NCBI GenBank assembly: GCA_951406725.2
Contig: OX597830.1
Location: 66,402,001 to 66,466,000 of the forward strand
Length of the DNA stretch: 64,000 nucleotides
Direction: 5' to 3'
Source: Octopus vulgaris
Taxonomy: Eukaryota
A program made the translations under genes and the position numbers. The notes beneath the pieces were generated by a model that was not told the DNA's origin, searched no databases, and saw only the letters and a program-made list of their open reading frames with translations. Below, piece after piece: positions 1 through 12,764 of the stretch (position 1 is its first letter; each line of letters starts with the position of its first letter).

Positions 1-163
1 TGACCCTCACAAAGCACAAAAACTCTGCTTCAACACAGGATTTCGTATCAAGAATATCTATAAAACATATTTGAAAATGAAATATTGCAAGTAATTTTCT
101 ATTAAAATGTATTTATTTATTATAAATCTTAGAGCGAGTTATAAACAGTAGCTGCAACACATT

Positions 164-389
164 GTGATGTATATTTGCCATTTAAATATGGCTAACCCCT
201 AAGGGTGGATGCTACTGCAGTTTGTAGCCCCAGGAGGACACCTCCTCCAGCTGGCTTTAGACACACTTTCTGATAAGGCAAAGAAAGTGTGTCTAAAACC
301 AGCTGGAGGAGGTGTCCTCCTGGGGCTACAAACTACAGTAGCATCCACCCTTAGGGGTTAGCCATATTTAAATGGCAAATATACGTCAC
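164..389. repeat. Fold-back inverted repeat (107-bp arms, 12-nt loop), probably a Penelope-like element end
   Basis: 164-270 is the reverse complement of 283-389 with 3 transition mismatches. The motif tagccccagg...tttagacaca recurs at ~1503-1545 next to a hammerhead-like motif. Confidence 0.85.
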
Positions 390-1119
390 GTATTTATTTA
401 TTTTTTTACTGATATTCCTCAGATAAATGAATTAAAACAGGTAGAAAGAAAGACAATATCATGGCACAGTAATAATGGTTTCAAATTTTGGTAGAAGGCC
501 AGCAAGTTGACCCCAGTGTTCAACTAGTACTAATTTTATCAACCCTGAATGTCAACCTCGGCAGAATTTGAACACAAAATATAAAGACAAATGAAATGCC
601 ACCAAGCATTTCACCCAGGGTACTAACAGTTCCACCAGCTTGCTGCGTTAAAGGTCACAGTTATGACAAAAGAAAGTCGTTATGTACATTGTTGGAACAC
701 ATGACCTGTGAACTAGCAGGCCACTCTGTTATCAACTTGAATTTTGTGGAATTAAAAAAAAAAAAAAAAAAAGGAAGAAAAATAGAAAAGAAAAGAAAAG
801 AAAAGCAACAGCATAATTCAGTGAGAATGCTCAAAATAACTTTAAAGTAATTTCCCATAAGAAGTGAATAAGTACATTTCATGACCACTGCAAGGAAAAG
901 TGCTTTAGAAATTCATTCATTATTCCACAACTGAGTATTGTATTTATGTTGACATTAAGAAAAACCAGTGTCAGGGTTATCAAAAGCAAATATTCTCAAT
1001 TTCACATATTCTAAATAGCAAGTATTTTATGAGAAAATTAACTTATGCTATGTTTCATTGACGAACTTGGTATTTTAACCCTTTCCACTTATGGATTACT
1101 TTTGTAAAAAAACAACAAC

Positions 1120-1480
1120 AACATCGGCGTTTAACGTCCGCTTTCCATGCTGTCATGGGTTGGACGATTTGACTGAGGACTGGCGAACCAGACGACTGCA
1201 CCAGGCTCCAATCTTGATCTGGCAGAGTTTCTACAGCTGGATGCCCTTCCTAATGCCAACGACTCCGAGAGTGTAGTGGGTGCTTTTATGTGCCACCGGC
1301 ACAAGAGCCAGTGAGGTAGTACTGGCAATGGCCATGCTCAAATGGTGTTTTTTATGTGCCACCTGCAGAGGAGCCACTCTGGCGGCACTGGCAAAGATGT
1401 CACTCAAATATTTTCTTATGTGCCAGTAAGGCAACGCTGGTAACGATCACACTTGAATGGTGCTATTTATGTGCCACTGG
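1120..1480 (-). mobile_element. Meta-domain-like SINE with internal ~60-bp subrepeats
   Basis: Minus strand reads ...ggcattaggaagggcatccagctgtagaaactctgccagatc...ggacgttaaacg followed by a simple-repeat tail. The family recurs across the window. Confidence 0.7.
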
Positions 1481-1605
1481 GGGTGGGTTGTTACTGATGC
1501 TTTTAGCCCCAGGCGATCAACGTCACCAGAAGGACTTTAGACACAATCTCAGTGCCCTTGTGTTATTTGCAAAGGGAGGTCATCCTCCCTCGAAAACCTA
1601 AGTGC

Positions 1606-1654
1606 TACATACGGACTATAGTTTCAAGGTAATTGCCTCTCGTCATTGTCTGGA
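1606..1654 (-). ncRNA. Degenerate type I hammerhead ribozyme motif
   Basis: Minus strand: ATGACGA-GAGGC aatt ACCTT-GAAA-CTATAG-TC. Core has C3>A, stem III is palindromic (ACTATAGT), stem I pairs only partly. Confidence 0.5.
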
Positions 1655-2113
1655 TATGGCTGGCTTAAATGCTAAAGAGTTAATCTGTCATCAGCCAAAT
1701 TATTTTGATTCCAGTTTCTTTTAATATTTGTTTCATGGTTTTGAAGAAATTGAAAGCAGTTTATTTTCAGAAGGACATTGTAGTGTTTGTGTGAGAGGTT
1801 GGATATGGCTAATTTGAACACAAAACAGGTGGAATATTTGGACTGGATATGTCTGGTTTAAGCGGTAAAAGATTAAAACTTTCAAAAAAAGAAAAAAAGT
1901 CAAGATAATTCTTTTACTTGTTTCAGTCATTTGACTGTGGCCATGCTGGAGCACCACCTTTAGTCAAAGAAATTGACCCCAGGATGGATAGGTGGATACC
2001 GCTTTGAAGAATTTGACTGGAATGAATCCCCCCCAGTACCTATTGTTCTCTTTTGCCAAACTGCTAAGTTCCTGGGATGTAAACAAGCCAGCATTGGTTC
2101 TCAAGTGGTGGTG

Positions 2114-2166
<53 letters not shown>

Positions 2167-2486
2167 TGCATCCATCCTTCCATTATTCCTTCCATCCATC
2201 CATCTATTGTTGTCTAAGAATCCATGTCAGAATAAACCAGGGCACTTATATCATATTTGTTGATAGAACGGGTATATTAATCTTTATATACTGGAAAGTC
2301 TTCGATCAATTGATGTGTCATGGTTGACCTGGGGCTAAACAGCAACATTTACTTACCAGGTTGTATCTGTTGTGAGAGGGAGAGAGAGAAAGAGAGAGAT
2401 TGAGATTGAGAGAGAGGGAAAACCTGTTCAACCCATGCCAGCTGAGAAATTGAGACAGTAAAATTTTGATGATCATCATGATGGTA

Positions 2487-2518
<32 letters not shown>

Positions 2519-3094
2519 TTTGGTTTTGTACAAACACTAGTGACAGATTAGAAAGACTTATTCAAACCCTATCAACTCAGAGAGAGAGAGAGAAAAAAAA
2601 TATAGAATAAATAAAACAAACAAAAACAAAAACCTAACTACATTTCAAATTGTGCAGATGATGGCACAATAATGATGGTGATGATGATGATGATGATGAA
2701 GAATAGTAATAAGAAGAAAAAGGGGCAAAATTTAATATTGCTGTCATGTGTCTTCTGGAGCAGAATTGTCTTAATCCTTCATGATTTTATGTTAAATTCA
2801 GTTTGAAACAGCAGTTTAAAAAAAACCAGAAAGCTATTTTACTAAATTCTTCATTCTTTTAAAAATAATCTGAAACAAAGAACAGTTGAATTTAATTGAG
2901 ATTTGGTAACCAAAGGGTTAATGTATTCTACCAGCAAACCGAATTTCTTCCAATTTTACAGAATACCTCAGTTTTGCTGAGTCTTGGATTCTTACCAATC
3001 AATATTGGTCTAATTTCAAAACTTTGCTTACCAACAGACTTTGGAATTCTACTTTGATGGATAATTTCAGCTTCTTTGTCCAAGAGAAATGTAT

Positions 3095-3478
3095 ACTCTT
3101 ACTCTTTTTACTCTTTTACTTGTTTCAGTCATTTGACTGTGGCCATGCTGGAGCACTGCCTTTAGTCGAGCAAATCGACCCCGGGACTTATACTTTGTAA
3201 GCCCAGTACTTATTCTGTCGGTCTAAGTGACGGGGACGTAAACACACCAACATTGGTTGTCAAGCAATGCTAGGGAGACAAACACAGACACACAAATACA
3301 CACATACATATATACGAGAGGCTTCTTTCAGTTTCCATCTACCAAATCCACTCACAAGGCATTGGTCGGCCCAGGGCTATAGCAGAAGACACTTGCCCAA
3401 GATGCCACGCAGTGGGACTGAACCCGGAACCATGTGGTTGGTTAGCAAGCTACTTACCACACAGCCACTCCTGCGCCT
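3095..3478 (-). mobile_element. tRNA-derived CORE-type SINE (family A)
   Basis: Pol III A/B boxes (tggctgtgtgg, gggttcagtcc), CORE-like cttgggcaagtgtcttc, internal TA/TG microsatellite, (gagtaaaa)n tail. Confidence 0.85.
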
Positions 3479-3612
3479 ATATATATCTTTTATCCTCTAT
3501 CTTTTACTTGTTCCAGTCATTAGACTGTGGCCATGCTGGGGCAACACCTTGAAGAATTTTTACTCGAATGTAACAATCCTACAGTTCTGTATTTAAGAGA
3601 TGAAGAATTATG

Positions 3613-3730
3613 TACATTTTTTACATTATTTACATTATTTACATTCGACGGATATTTGTTGTTAACAACAAACAAGATGAGGACAAATATCCGTTGAATG
3701 TAAATAAAGTAAATAATGTAAAAAAATGTA
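3613..3730. repeat. Short fold-back inverted repeat (~47-bp arms), Penelope-like
   Basis: tacattttttacattatttacattatttacattcgacggatatttgt is mirrored at 3683-3730. Confidence 0.7.
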
Positions 3731-3733
3731 ACA

Positions 3734-4130
3734 AAGGCGCAGGAGTCGCTGTGTGGTAAGTAGCTTGATTACCAACCACATGGTTCCGGGTTCAGTCCCA
3801 CTGCGTGGCACCTTGGGCAAGTGTCTTCTCCGATAGCTTCGGGCCGACCAAAGCCTTGTGAGTGGATTTGGTAGATGGAAACTGAAAGAAGCCCGTCGTA
3901 TATATGTATGTGTGTGTTTGTGTGTCTGTGTTTGTCCCCCCCAACATCGCTTGAGAACCGATGCTGGTGTGTTTATGTCCTTGTAACTTAGCGGTTCGGC
4001 AAAAGAGACTGATGGAATAAGTATCAGGCTTGCAAAGAATAAGTCCTGGGGTCGATTTAGTCAACTAAAGGCGGTGCTCCAGCATGGCCGCAATCAAATG
4101 ACTGAAAGAAGTAAAAGAGTAAAAGAGTAA
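3734..4130 (+). mobile_element. SINE family A, full length
   Basis: Same A/B boxes, CORE-like segment and tail as the other copies. Confidence 0.85.
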
Positions 4131-5029
4131 ATCCTAGTACTTATTTTTTGTAAAACCTGGTATTTATTCTATACGTCTATTTTTGGTTTCTGTCAATGAA
4201 ATCCACTCACAAGGCTTTGGTTGGCCCAGGGCTATAGTAGAAGACACTTGACCAAGGTGCTGTACAGTGGGACTGAACATGGAAACATGTAGTTGGAAAG
4301 CAAACTTCTTACAATACAGCCACACACACATGTGTGTGTGTGTGTGAGTTGTTTAATAACAGTTTGATTTGGCTATCTTCTTTCTAAAGAATTCTTCAAA
4401 TATTTTCAAATGCTTCAGATTTCTTGGACCAATGCCAGATTGACACAATGTTCAAAAAAGACACTGTGACATTTATGGCATCACTCAGCATTCATCTTCA
4501 TTGTATTACTAATGTTTCTTTTAATGACATTTTTACAAAAAAAAGACACTACTCCACCTCCTTCTCCTTCTCTTGCTCCTCTTCCTCCTCATGTGTCTAT
4601 ATACATACTTCTATATGTGTGTGTGTACGTTTATATGTATGCGTGTGTGCATATGTATTGTTGCATGTGTATGAGTGCGTATATATATATATATATGCAT
4701 GTGTGTGTATATATGTATATATAAATCTGTGTGTGTGTATGTGAATGTGTATATGTGTGTGTGTGTATATGTTTGTGTATTTATGTGTGTGTATACATGT
4801 ATGTTTATGTACTTACCATCATCATCGTCAGCATCATCATCATCATCATCATCATCATTGTCATGTGTCTGTCTAATTATTTACTTTGGCTTCTTTAATA
4901 TTTGTACCTGAAGTGTTGAAAAATTTCTGTATTCCTTTGAGTTGTGTATGCCTATGCAATATATCATCATCATCATCATCATTATCATCATCATATATAT
5001 ATATATATAAACATATATATATATATATA

Positions 5030-5260
5030 AAGGCGGCGAGCTGGCAGAATCGTTAGCATGCTGGGCGAAATGCGTAGCCATATTTCGTCTGCCGTTTACG
5101 TTCTGGGTTCAAATTCTGCTGAGGTCCACTTTGCCTTTCATCCTTTCGGGGTCGATAAATTAAGTACCAGTTACACACTGGGGTCGATGTAATCGACTTA
5201 ATCCGTTTGTCTGTCCTTGTTTGTCCTCTCTGTGTTTAGCCCCTTGTGGGTAGTAAAAAA
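5030..5260 (+). mobile_element. tRNA-derived Nin-domain-like SINE (family B)
   Basis: ggcggcgagctggcagaatcgttag head, ggttcaaattc B box, gcctttcatcctttcggggtcgataaattaagtacc central domain. Confidence 0.8.
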
Positions 5261-5273
5261 ATATATATATAAA

Positions 5274-5425
5274 CAGGGTGCGATGGGTAAATTGTCGCCA
5301 TTTCATATATTTAATTTCATGCATTGTTTGTTTTTGATTTTGTCGACTACACAGTATTGTAGGGTCAGTTGGACACCGTCTATGAGAAAGAAACACCATC
5401 ATGACACAATTCAATCTGCCAGAAA
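5274..5425 (+). mobile_element. Possible 5' fragment of a Tc1/mariner-superfamily element
   Basis: Starts cagggtgcgatgggtaaattgtcgcc (TIR-like) right after a (TA)n run. No second TIR is seen. Confidence 0.35.
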
Positions 5426-5509
5426 TAGACCCCCTCAGGACATTCCCTGAGATTAGGGAGTTGCTGGTTTTAGTTCCATTGTTGTTGCACCAATGATCTA
5501 GGAGGAGTT

Positions 5510-5810
5510 GTTTGCTCCTTCTTGAGCCATGCCTGACTCATAGGGCCGGTTTCCTGGTTTCCTTGGTGTATAGGTTCCCCACCTGGATGAGACGCTGGTC
5601 CGTCGCAGGTGAGCTGCTAGATGCAGGAGGAAAGAGTGAGAGAAAGTTGTGCCGAAAGAGTCAGCAGAAGTTTGCCATTACCTTCTGCTGGAGCCGCATG
5701 GAGCTTAGGTGTTTCACTCACAAACACACACATCGCCCGGTCTGAGATTCAAACCCACGATCCCTCGACCGTGAGTCCGCTGCTCTAACCACTAGGCCAT
5801 GTGCCTCCAC
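5510..5810 (-). mobile_element. tRNA-derived SINE (family C, Arg-like head)
   Basis: Minus strand gtggaggcacatggcctagtggttagagcagcggactcacggtcgagggatcgtgggtttgaatctc is a tRNA-like head with A/B boxes. Confidence 0.75.
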
Positions 5811-5912
5811 CTAGGAGGAGTTAATGACCATAGAAACATAACGGATAGAAAAACGTCACTCAAATTTATATTAAAATATATAAATATGCAATCTTTTTTC
5901 TCTTTTTTCACC

Positions 5913-6312
5913 AGGCGCATGAGTGGCTGTGTGGTAAGTAGCTTGCTTACCAATCGCATGGTTCTGGGTTCATCCCACTGCGTGGCACCTTTGGCAAGTG
6001 TCTTGGGCTGACCAAAGCCTTGTGAGTGGATTTGGTAGACGGAAACTGAAAGAAGCCCATCGTATACATGTATATATATATATATATGTGGGTGTGTGTA
6101 TGTTTGTGTGTCTGTGTTTGTCCCCCTAGCATTGCTTGACAACCGATGCTGGTGTGTGTTTATGTCCCCATAACTTAGCGGTTCGGCAAAAGAAACCGAT
6201 AGAATAAGTACTGGGCTTACAAAGAATAAGTCCCAGGGTCAAGTTGCTCGACTAAAGTCGGTGCTCCAGTATGGCTGCAGTCAAATGACTGAAACAAGTA
6301 AAAGAGTAAAGA
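5913..6312 (+). mobile_element. SINE family A
   Basis: Matches the family consensus. Confidence 0.85.
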
Positions 6313-6883
6313 GAGAGTTATCTTGTTGAATGCTAATAAAGACGAGTCCTGCTAATGTTTTTGTTTTACCCTGTCTTTTTTTTCGTCTTATTTGTTGTCT
6401 TTGTTCTTGTTGTCAGAACTTCATATCTTTGCATTTTCTGTTATTTAAATGGAACCTTTCATTCCAAATAGCTTTGTTGTTGATTTGTCATGTTCAAGAG
6501 TCAATGCTGCTGCTGCTGTTGATCTTGTTAATGTTGTATTTGCTTAGTCCTGGGTTATACCTGATTGAGTAGACCTATTATTGAAAGTGTTCCAGCCTTG
6601 ATCATTTCGTTTATTTTTATATTTTTTTTAGGCAGCATAATGTATCTAGGACTACTTTAGCCTACAAAATGGTAATAATGACTGACTTAGGAGGGAAATC
6701 TAATTGCTATTTTTAGCACGTTGAATGGCAATGTAGAAGCTTCCTCTTTGTCTTGGTTCCTTCCTATCTGTATAAACAAATTGTTCTATATGTGTGCATA
6801 CATACATACATATGTATATGTGTGTGTATGTGTGTGTGTGTGTGTGTGTGTGCATACACATGTATATGTACGTATGTATATAT

Positions 6884-7290
6884 AGGTGTAGGAGTGGCTG
6901 TGTGGTAAGTAGCTTGCTTACGAACCACATGGTTCCGGGTTCAGTCCCACTGCATGGCACCTTGGGCAAGTGTCTTCTCCTATAGCCTCGAGATGACCAA
7001 AGCCTTGTGAGTGGATTTGGTTGGCAGAAACTGAAAGAAGCCCATCGTATATATGTGTTTATATATATATATATATGCATGTGCATAGGTTTGTGTGTCT
7101 GTGTTTGTCTCCCCAACATCGCTTGACATTGCTGGTATGTTTACATCCTCGTAACCTAGCGGTTCGGCAAAACAGACTAATAGAATAAGTACTAGGCTTA
7201 CAAAGAATATGTCCTGGTGTCAATTTGTTCTACTAAAGGTGGTGCTCCAGCATGGCTGCAGCCAAATGATTGAAACAGATAAAAGAAAAG
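6884..7290 (+). mobile_element. SINE family A
   Basis: Matches the family consensus. Confidence 0.85.
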
Positions 7291-7294
7291 AATA

Positions 7295-8038
7295 TATTCA
7301 TATACACACACACTTATATACATACATAATATATACATATATACATACATACATAAATACATACATACATACATGCATACATACATACATACATACATAC
7401 ATACATACATACACACATACATACATAAATACATACATAAATACATACATAAATACATACACATATACATAATACATACATACATACATATATACATACA
7501 TACATAATACATACATACATACATATATACATAAATACATACATAAATACATACATACATACATACAGACACACATACATAATACATACATACATACATA
7601 CAGACATACATACATAAATACATACATACATACATATATACATACATACATAATACATACATACACACATACATACAGACATACATACATACATACATAC
7701 ATACATAAATACACACACACATACATACATTCATACATACATACATACACACACATACATATATACATACATACATACATACATACTTACATGCATACAT
7801 ACATACATACATACACACATACACACATACATACATACATACATACACACATACATACACACACACACATACACACACACATACATACATACATACATAC
7901 ACACACATACATACATACATACATACATACATACATACACACACACATGCACACACACATACATACATACATACACACATACATACATACATACATACAT
8001 ACATACATACATACATACACACACATACATATATACAT
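7295..8038. repeat. (TACA)n/(CA)n compound microsatellite
   Basis: About 740 bp of near-continuous catacata. Confidence 0.95.
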
Positions 8039-8368
8039 AGAACATGGTGTTATTGGTGTTGTTTTCTTCCATTGTGGTAATTTCTCTTTAATATGCTTCA
8101 ATCTAACAATGGTAGTTTTGCAACATGAGCTGGGAAAGTGGGGAGGTGTCAGAGGTGGTAGTGTCAGTTGTGGCGGTGGTGGTGGTGGTTGTGGTGTTGT
8201 GATGTACTTGCATGGCAAGCTGACTATCTGACTGCTTATTGACCTTAATTTCTGTTTCCATAGTTACCTTTCTGTCATCAAAAGTCTTAAGCTTCTGGAC
8301 ATTACATATGTATATGTATGTGTGCCTATGTCCATTAATGTGTATGTGTATATATGTATGTACATCTG

Positions 8369-8405
<37 letters not shown>

Positions 8406-8734
8406 ATACATATATATATATATATGGAAAGTATGCATACGTATATCTAATATATCTGTATATATATATGTATATATGTGTGGGTGTATATATATATATC
8501 TATATATATATTTTTTCTAGTTTCAGCTCAGAGCTGCGGCCATGTATGTTTATATGTATGTATGAATGCATGTATGTATGTATGTATGTATGTATGTATG
8601 TATGTATGTATGTATGTATGTATGTATGTATGTATGTATGTATGTATGTATGTATGTATGTATGTGTGTGTGTATGTATGTATGTATGTATATATATATA
8701 TATATATAAAGTACTACTGTATGAGTATGTACGC

Positions 8735-8794
<60 letters not shown>

Positions 8795-8981
8795 GTCTAT
8801 CTATGTCTTTATACACACACACGCACACTCACACACACACACACACACACACACACATAAACACACATACACCCACTACACCCTTCTGCCCCACACGTAC
8901 ATGTACAAATATGTGTTCACATAAATATGTTTGTTTGCATGCACAATCATGTATTGTAAGTATGTGTGCGCACACGTGCTC

Positions 8982-9014
<33 letters not shown>

Positions 9015-9220
9015 TGTGTATGTGCTTTGAAAACAGGGAAAGACCTGATTTGCTTGTGTGATTGGCTAATATTTTATTGACACTGATGGGATGGAAAGAG
9101 GCACTTAAAGATAACAACATGAGTGAGTGAATTTAGTGACCGTTGAGAGCTTCTGAGGCTGTGTGTGTATATATGTGTAAATATATATTAAAAGAGTGTG
9201 TACATGTAAATATGTATGCG

Positions 9221-9257
<37 letters not shown>

Positions 9258-9271
9258 AAATATATATATAT

Positions 9272-10155
9272 GTTGAGTCATTCCATAAATAATGCAGTTT
9301 TTTTTTACTTCTTTTACTTTTCAAAATTAAGATAAACACAGTTCTTCTTTAATCTAAAATATACTCTCCTTCATTTTCTACAATGCTCTCCTATCTATCT
9401 GGTAGACTTTCAAGGTCTCTATTCCAAAATTCATTTTTGTCTGTGACAAAAAATACTCCTTCAGAATTGTTCTGACCTCATCTACAGAATTTATGATTTT
9501 TCTGTCCAAATGATTTTGAAGACTGTGGAATAAATGATAATCAGATGGGGTAATGTCTGGTGAATACGGTTAGTGGGGCATTATTTTCCATTCAAACTGC
9601 TCCAGCCTTTGGAATGTCATCTTCGCTGTATGTGGCTGAACATTAACCTGATGGAAGAAAACCTTTTGTCTTGCAACTAAATATGGTCGTTTTTCTTCTA
9701 GCGCTCACTGAACCTGCTCAAGCCGTTTGCATTAGATCTTTGTTATCGTTTGGTTTTGGTTTAAAAGCTAAAAGTGGACTAAACCTTTCATATCTCACCA
9801 AACAGATAACAATACTTTACATGGGTGAAGGCCTTCTTTAGCCTGGGGGGTTAGTGTTTCTCCTTTCCCCACCCACTGTCTTTGGTGCTTGACATTTTTA
9901 TAAAGAACCCACTTCTTGCCACCAGTCACTATTCGGTCCAAAAAAAGTTCATTCATGAGACATGACAGCAGAGAAGAGCACATATTTATTCTCTGCATGT
10001 GATTAGACTCGGAAAGTTTGTGAGGAACACATTGACCCAATTTGCTGACTTTTCCGATGGCACGCAGGTGTCGAATGGTTGAATAACCGAATCTAAGCCT
10101 CTCTGCTAGTTCCTCAACAGTTACAATAGAATTTTGTTCCATCAGGGTTTACAGG
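9272..10155 (-). mobile_element. 5'-truncated mariner (DD34D) transposon with pseudogenised transposase
   Basis: Minus strand motifs CVPHKL (WVPHEL), IVTGGKKWVLY, PYSPDITPSDYHLF and C-terminal VENEGEYILD*, with stops and frameshifts. TIR-like end near 9272. Confidence 0.9.
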
Positions 10156-10293
10156 ATAGTACCCTCAATATAATATAAATAAATATTTTCAAAGTGGAAA
10201 AATTTACGGATTTTTTCTCTTACGAGTTTTTCACGCTAACTACTGATAATTTCTTTTAAAGATTTTATCCTCAATTGTTAATTTATATATATG

Positions 10294-10348
<55 letters not shown>

Positions 10349-10892
10349 GTATATATATATATATGCGCACGCACACACACATATGCACGCACACACACAT
10401 ATGCACGCACACACACATATGCACGCACACACATGTATATATTTAATGTCTGTGTTTGTCCCTTCACCATCACTTTTGTGGTTTGACCAAAGGGACCAAT
10501 AGAATAAGTACTAGGCTTGTAAGGAGTAAGTCCTGGGGTTGATTTCTTTGACCAAAATCATTTGAAGTGGTGTTCCAGCATGGCCACAGTTTAATCCACT
10601 GAAACAAGTAACAGATATTCTTTTACTTGTTTCAGTCGTTTGATTGTGGCTATGCTGGAGCTTTGTCTTGAAGGATTTTAGTCAAAAAATTGACCCTAGG
10701 ACTTATTCTATCAGTGTCCTCTGCCAAACTGTCAAGTCACAGGGACATAAACTCACCAATATCGGTTGTGAAGTGATGGGTGTTTGTGTGGGTGGGTGGG
10801 GTGGACAAATACAGACAAAGATACACAGACACACACACTTACATGCATATACATATGTGTGTGTGTATATATGTGTGTATGTGTATATATAT

Positions 10893-11147
10893 AATATTAG
10901 GGAGTATAACTCCAAAGTTACAGGGAAAAATTCAATTTAGTATTAAATCAAATTTCACAGTATAAAATATAAATTAGAGATAAAACCACTATTATGCACC
11001 CCAAACAGTGATAGACAGAAACCAATACATAAATGTAAAAAAAAAAATTAAAATTTATATATATATATTGGTTATTTAAGTATTGGTTTATGTCTATCAC
11101 TGTTTGAGTTGCATAATAATGGTTTTATCTCTAATTTATATTTTATA
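10893..11147. mobile_element. AT-rich Penelope-like family copy with fold-back (74-bp arms 10961-11034 / 11074-11147)
   Basis: Head tccaaa(g/c)ttacagggaaaaa is shared with ~46530, ~57370 and ~61710. The inverted arm is visible. Confidence 0.65.
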
Positions 11148-11704
11148 TGTATATATATATATATATATACATACGATGGTCTTCTTTCAGTTTCCATCTA
11201 CCAAGTCTACTCACATGGCTTTGGCAGGCCCGAGGTTGTAGTAGAAGACACTTGCCAGAGATGTTACACAGTGGGGCTGAACTGGGAACCATGTGTTTGG
11301 GAAGCGTGCTTCTTACCCCACAGCTACACCTGAACTTCATTTTCATATTTCTACATGTCTTCCTTACATGATATAATAATGGACGACTGGATCAGGAATT
11401 AGTTTTTGCTCCAATTTCCATTATTTCTTTTTTTGTTATATAGACTTTTCTCTCTTTTTTTTTTTAATCTTTTTTACTTTTCAACACCATTTCTGTTGTT
11501 CAGTTTGCTTAAGCTTGAAACAGTCTGAAAATGGACTAAGATCTGCTTACAGATTTACAGAATACCTATGGAAACTCTCAGCTGCTGATTTCAATTTAGT
11601 TTTGGTGAAATTTGACATTTATAGTGTAATAAAGAATGCTTATTATTAATTATTTTGGAGTATGTAACTTTTAAGAAAATAAAGCAATTATTAATGCCTA
11701 TGCT

Positions 11705-12073
11705 TTTTGCTGGCCCCCGTGCCGGTGACACGTAAAAGCACTGTCCGTTCGTGGCCGTTTGCCAGCTCTGTCTGGCCCCGTGTCGGTGGCATGTAAAAAG
11801 CACAATCCGTTCGTGTCCGTTGCCAGCATCGCCTGGCCCCGTGCCGGTGACACGTAAAAGCACCATCCGTTCGTGGCCGTTCGCCAGCTCTGTCTGGCAC
11901 CTGTGCAGGTGGCACGTAAAAAACACCCACTACACTCGCGGAGTGGTTGGCGTTAGGAAGGGCATCCAGCCGTAGAAACACTGCCAGATCTGACTGGGCC
12001 TGACGAAGCCTTCCAGCTTCACAGACCTCAGTTGACCCGTCCAACCCATGCTAGCATGGAAAGCGGACGCTAA

Positions 12074-12106
<33 letters not shown>
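11705..12106 (+). mobile_element. Meta-domain-like SINE with ~3.5 tandem 61-bp internal units and (GAT)n tail
   Basis: Units ggcccc-gtgccggtgacacgtaaaagcac...gccagc at ~11712, 11774, 11835 and 11895, then ggcgttaggaagggcatccagccgtagaaac. Confidence 0.75.
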
Positions 12107-12312
12107 TCTAGAAGTTTCTTCAAAAAACCAATTTTAATATACCTTTACCAAATTGTGGTTTTGAATCTCCATTTATTATCGAAGATTTCAACTACTTGAT
12201 TGAATTAGAAAACAAATTTTAATTCACTGCGAGGTAGCCATCTTAAATTGTAGGATAGTTTTTTTCCAATGTCTCTGTTTTTTTAATGTTTTGTAGAAAT
12301 ATATAATAACCG

Positions 12313-12700
12313 CCCACAGGAGTGGCTGTGTGGTAAGTAGCTTGCTTACCAACCACATGTTTCTGGGTTCAGTCCCACTACGTGGCACCTTGGGCAAGTG
12401 TCTTCCACTATAGCCTTGGGCTGACCAAAGCCTTGTGAGTGGATTTGGTAGACGGAAACTGAAAGAAGCCCGTCGTATATATGTATATGTATATATATAT
12501 ATGTATGTGTGTGTTTGTGTGTCTGTGTTTGTCCCCCCCAACATCGCTTGACAACCGATGCTGGTGTGTTTATGTCCCTGTAACTTAGCAGTTCGGCAAA
12601 AGAGACCGATAGAATAAGTACCAGGCTTAAAAAGAAAATGTCCTGGGGTCAGTGCTCCAGCATGGCCGCAGTCACATGACTGAAACAAGCAAAAGAGTAA
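12313..12700 (+). mobile_element. SINE family A
   Basis: Matches the family consensus. Confidence 0.85.
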
Positions 12701-12764
12701 AGAATATATTTCCAATGCTTCTTTGTATAGACATATCGGTAAAAACATTTCTCCAAATTATAAG

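Noticed and set aside
270-287. ctgataaggcaaagaaa as a hammerhead core in the hairpin loop
   Set aside because: No stem II can form, and the GAAA is just the start of the inverted arm.
3267-3596. Recurrent ORFs such as RRHLPKVPRSGTEPGTMWLVSKLLTTQP
   Set aside because: They are antisense translations of SINE family A, repeated with every copy.
5735-5810. tRNA gene
   Set aside because: It is a SINE head: the acceptor stem is not closed and it continues into a repeat body.
7198-8924. Long ORFs such as [18 protein letters not shown] and poly-I/M/D/S here and throughout the window
   Set aside because: They are translations of microsatellites with no coding complexity.
11712-11930. CRISPR-like regularly spaced repeats
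   Set aside because: The spacers are homologous to each other, the context is a eukaryotic SINE, and there are no cas genes.
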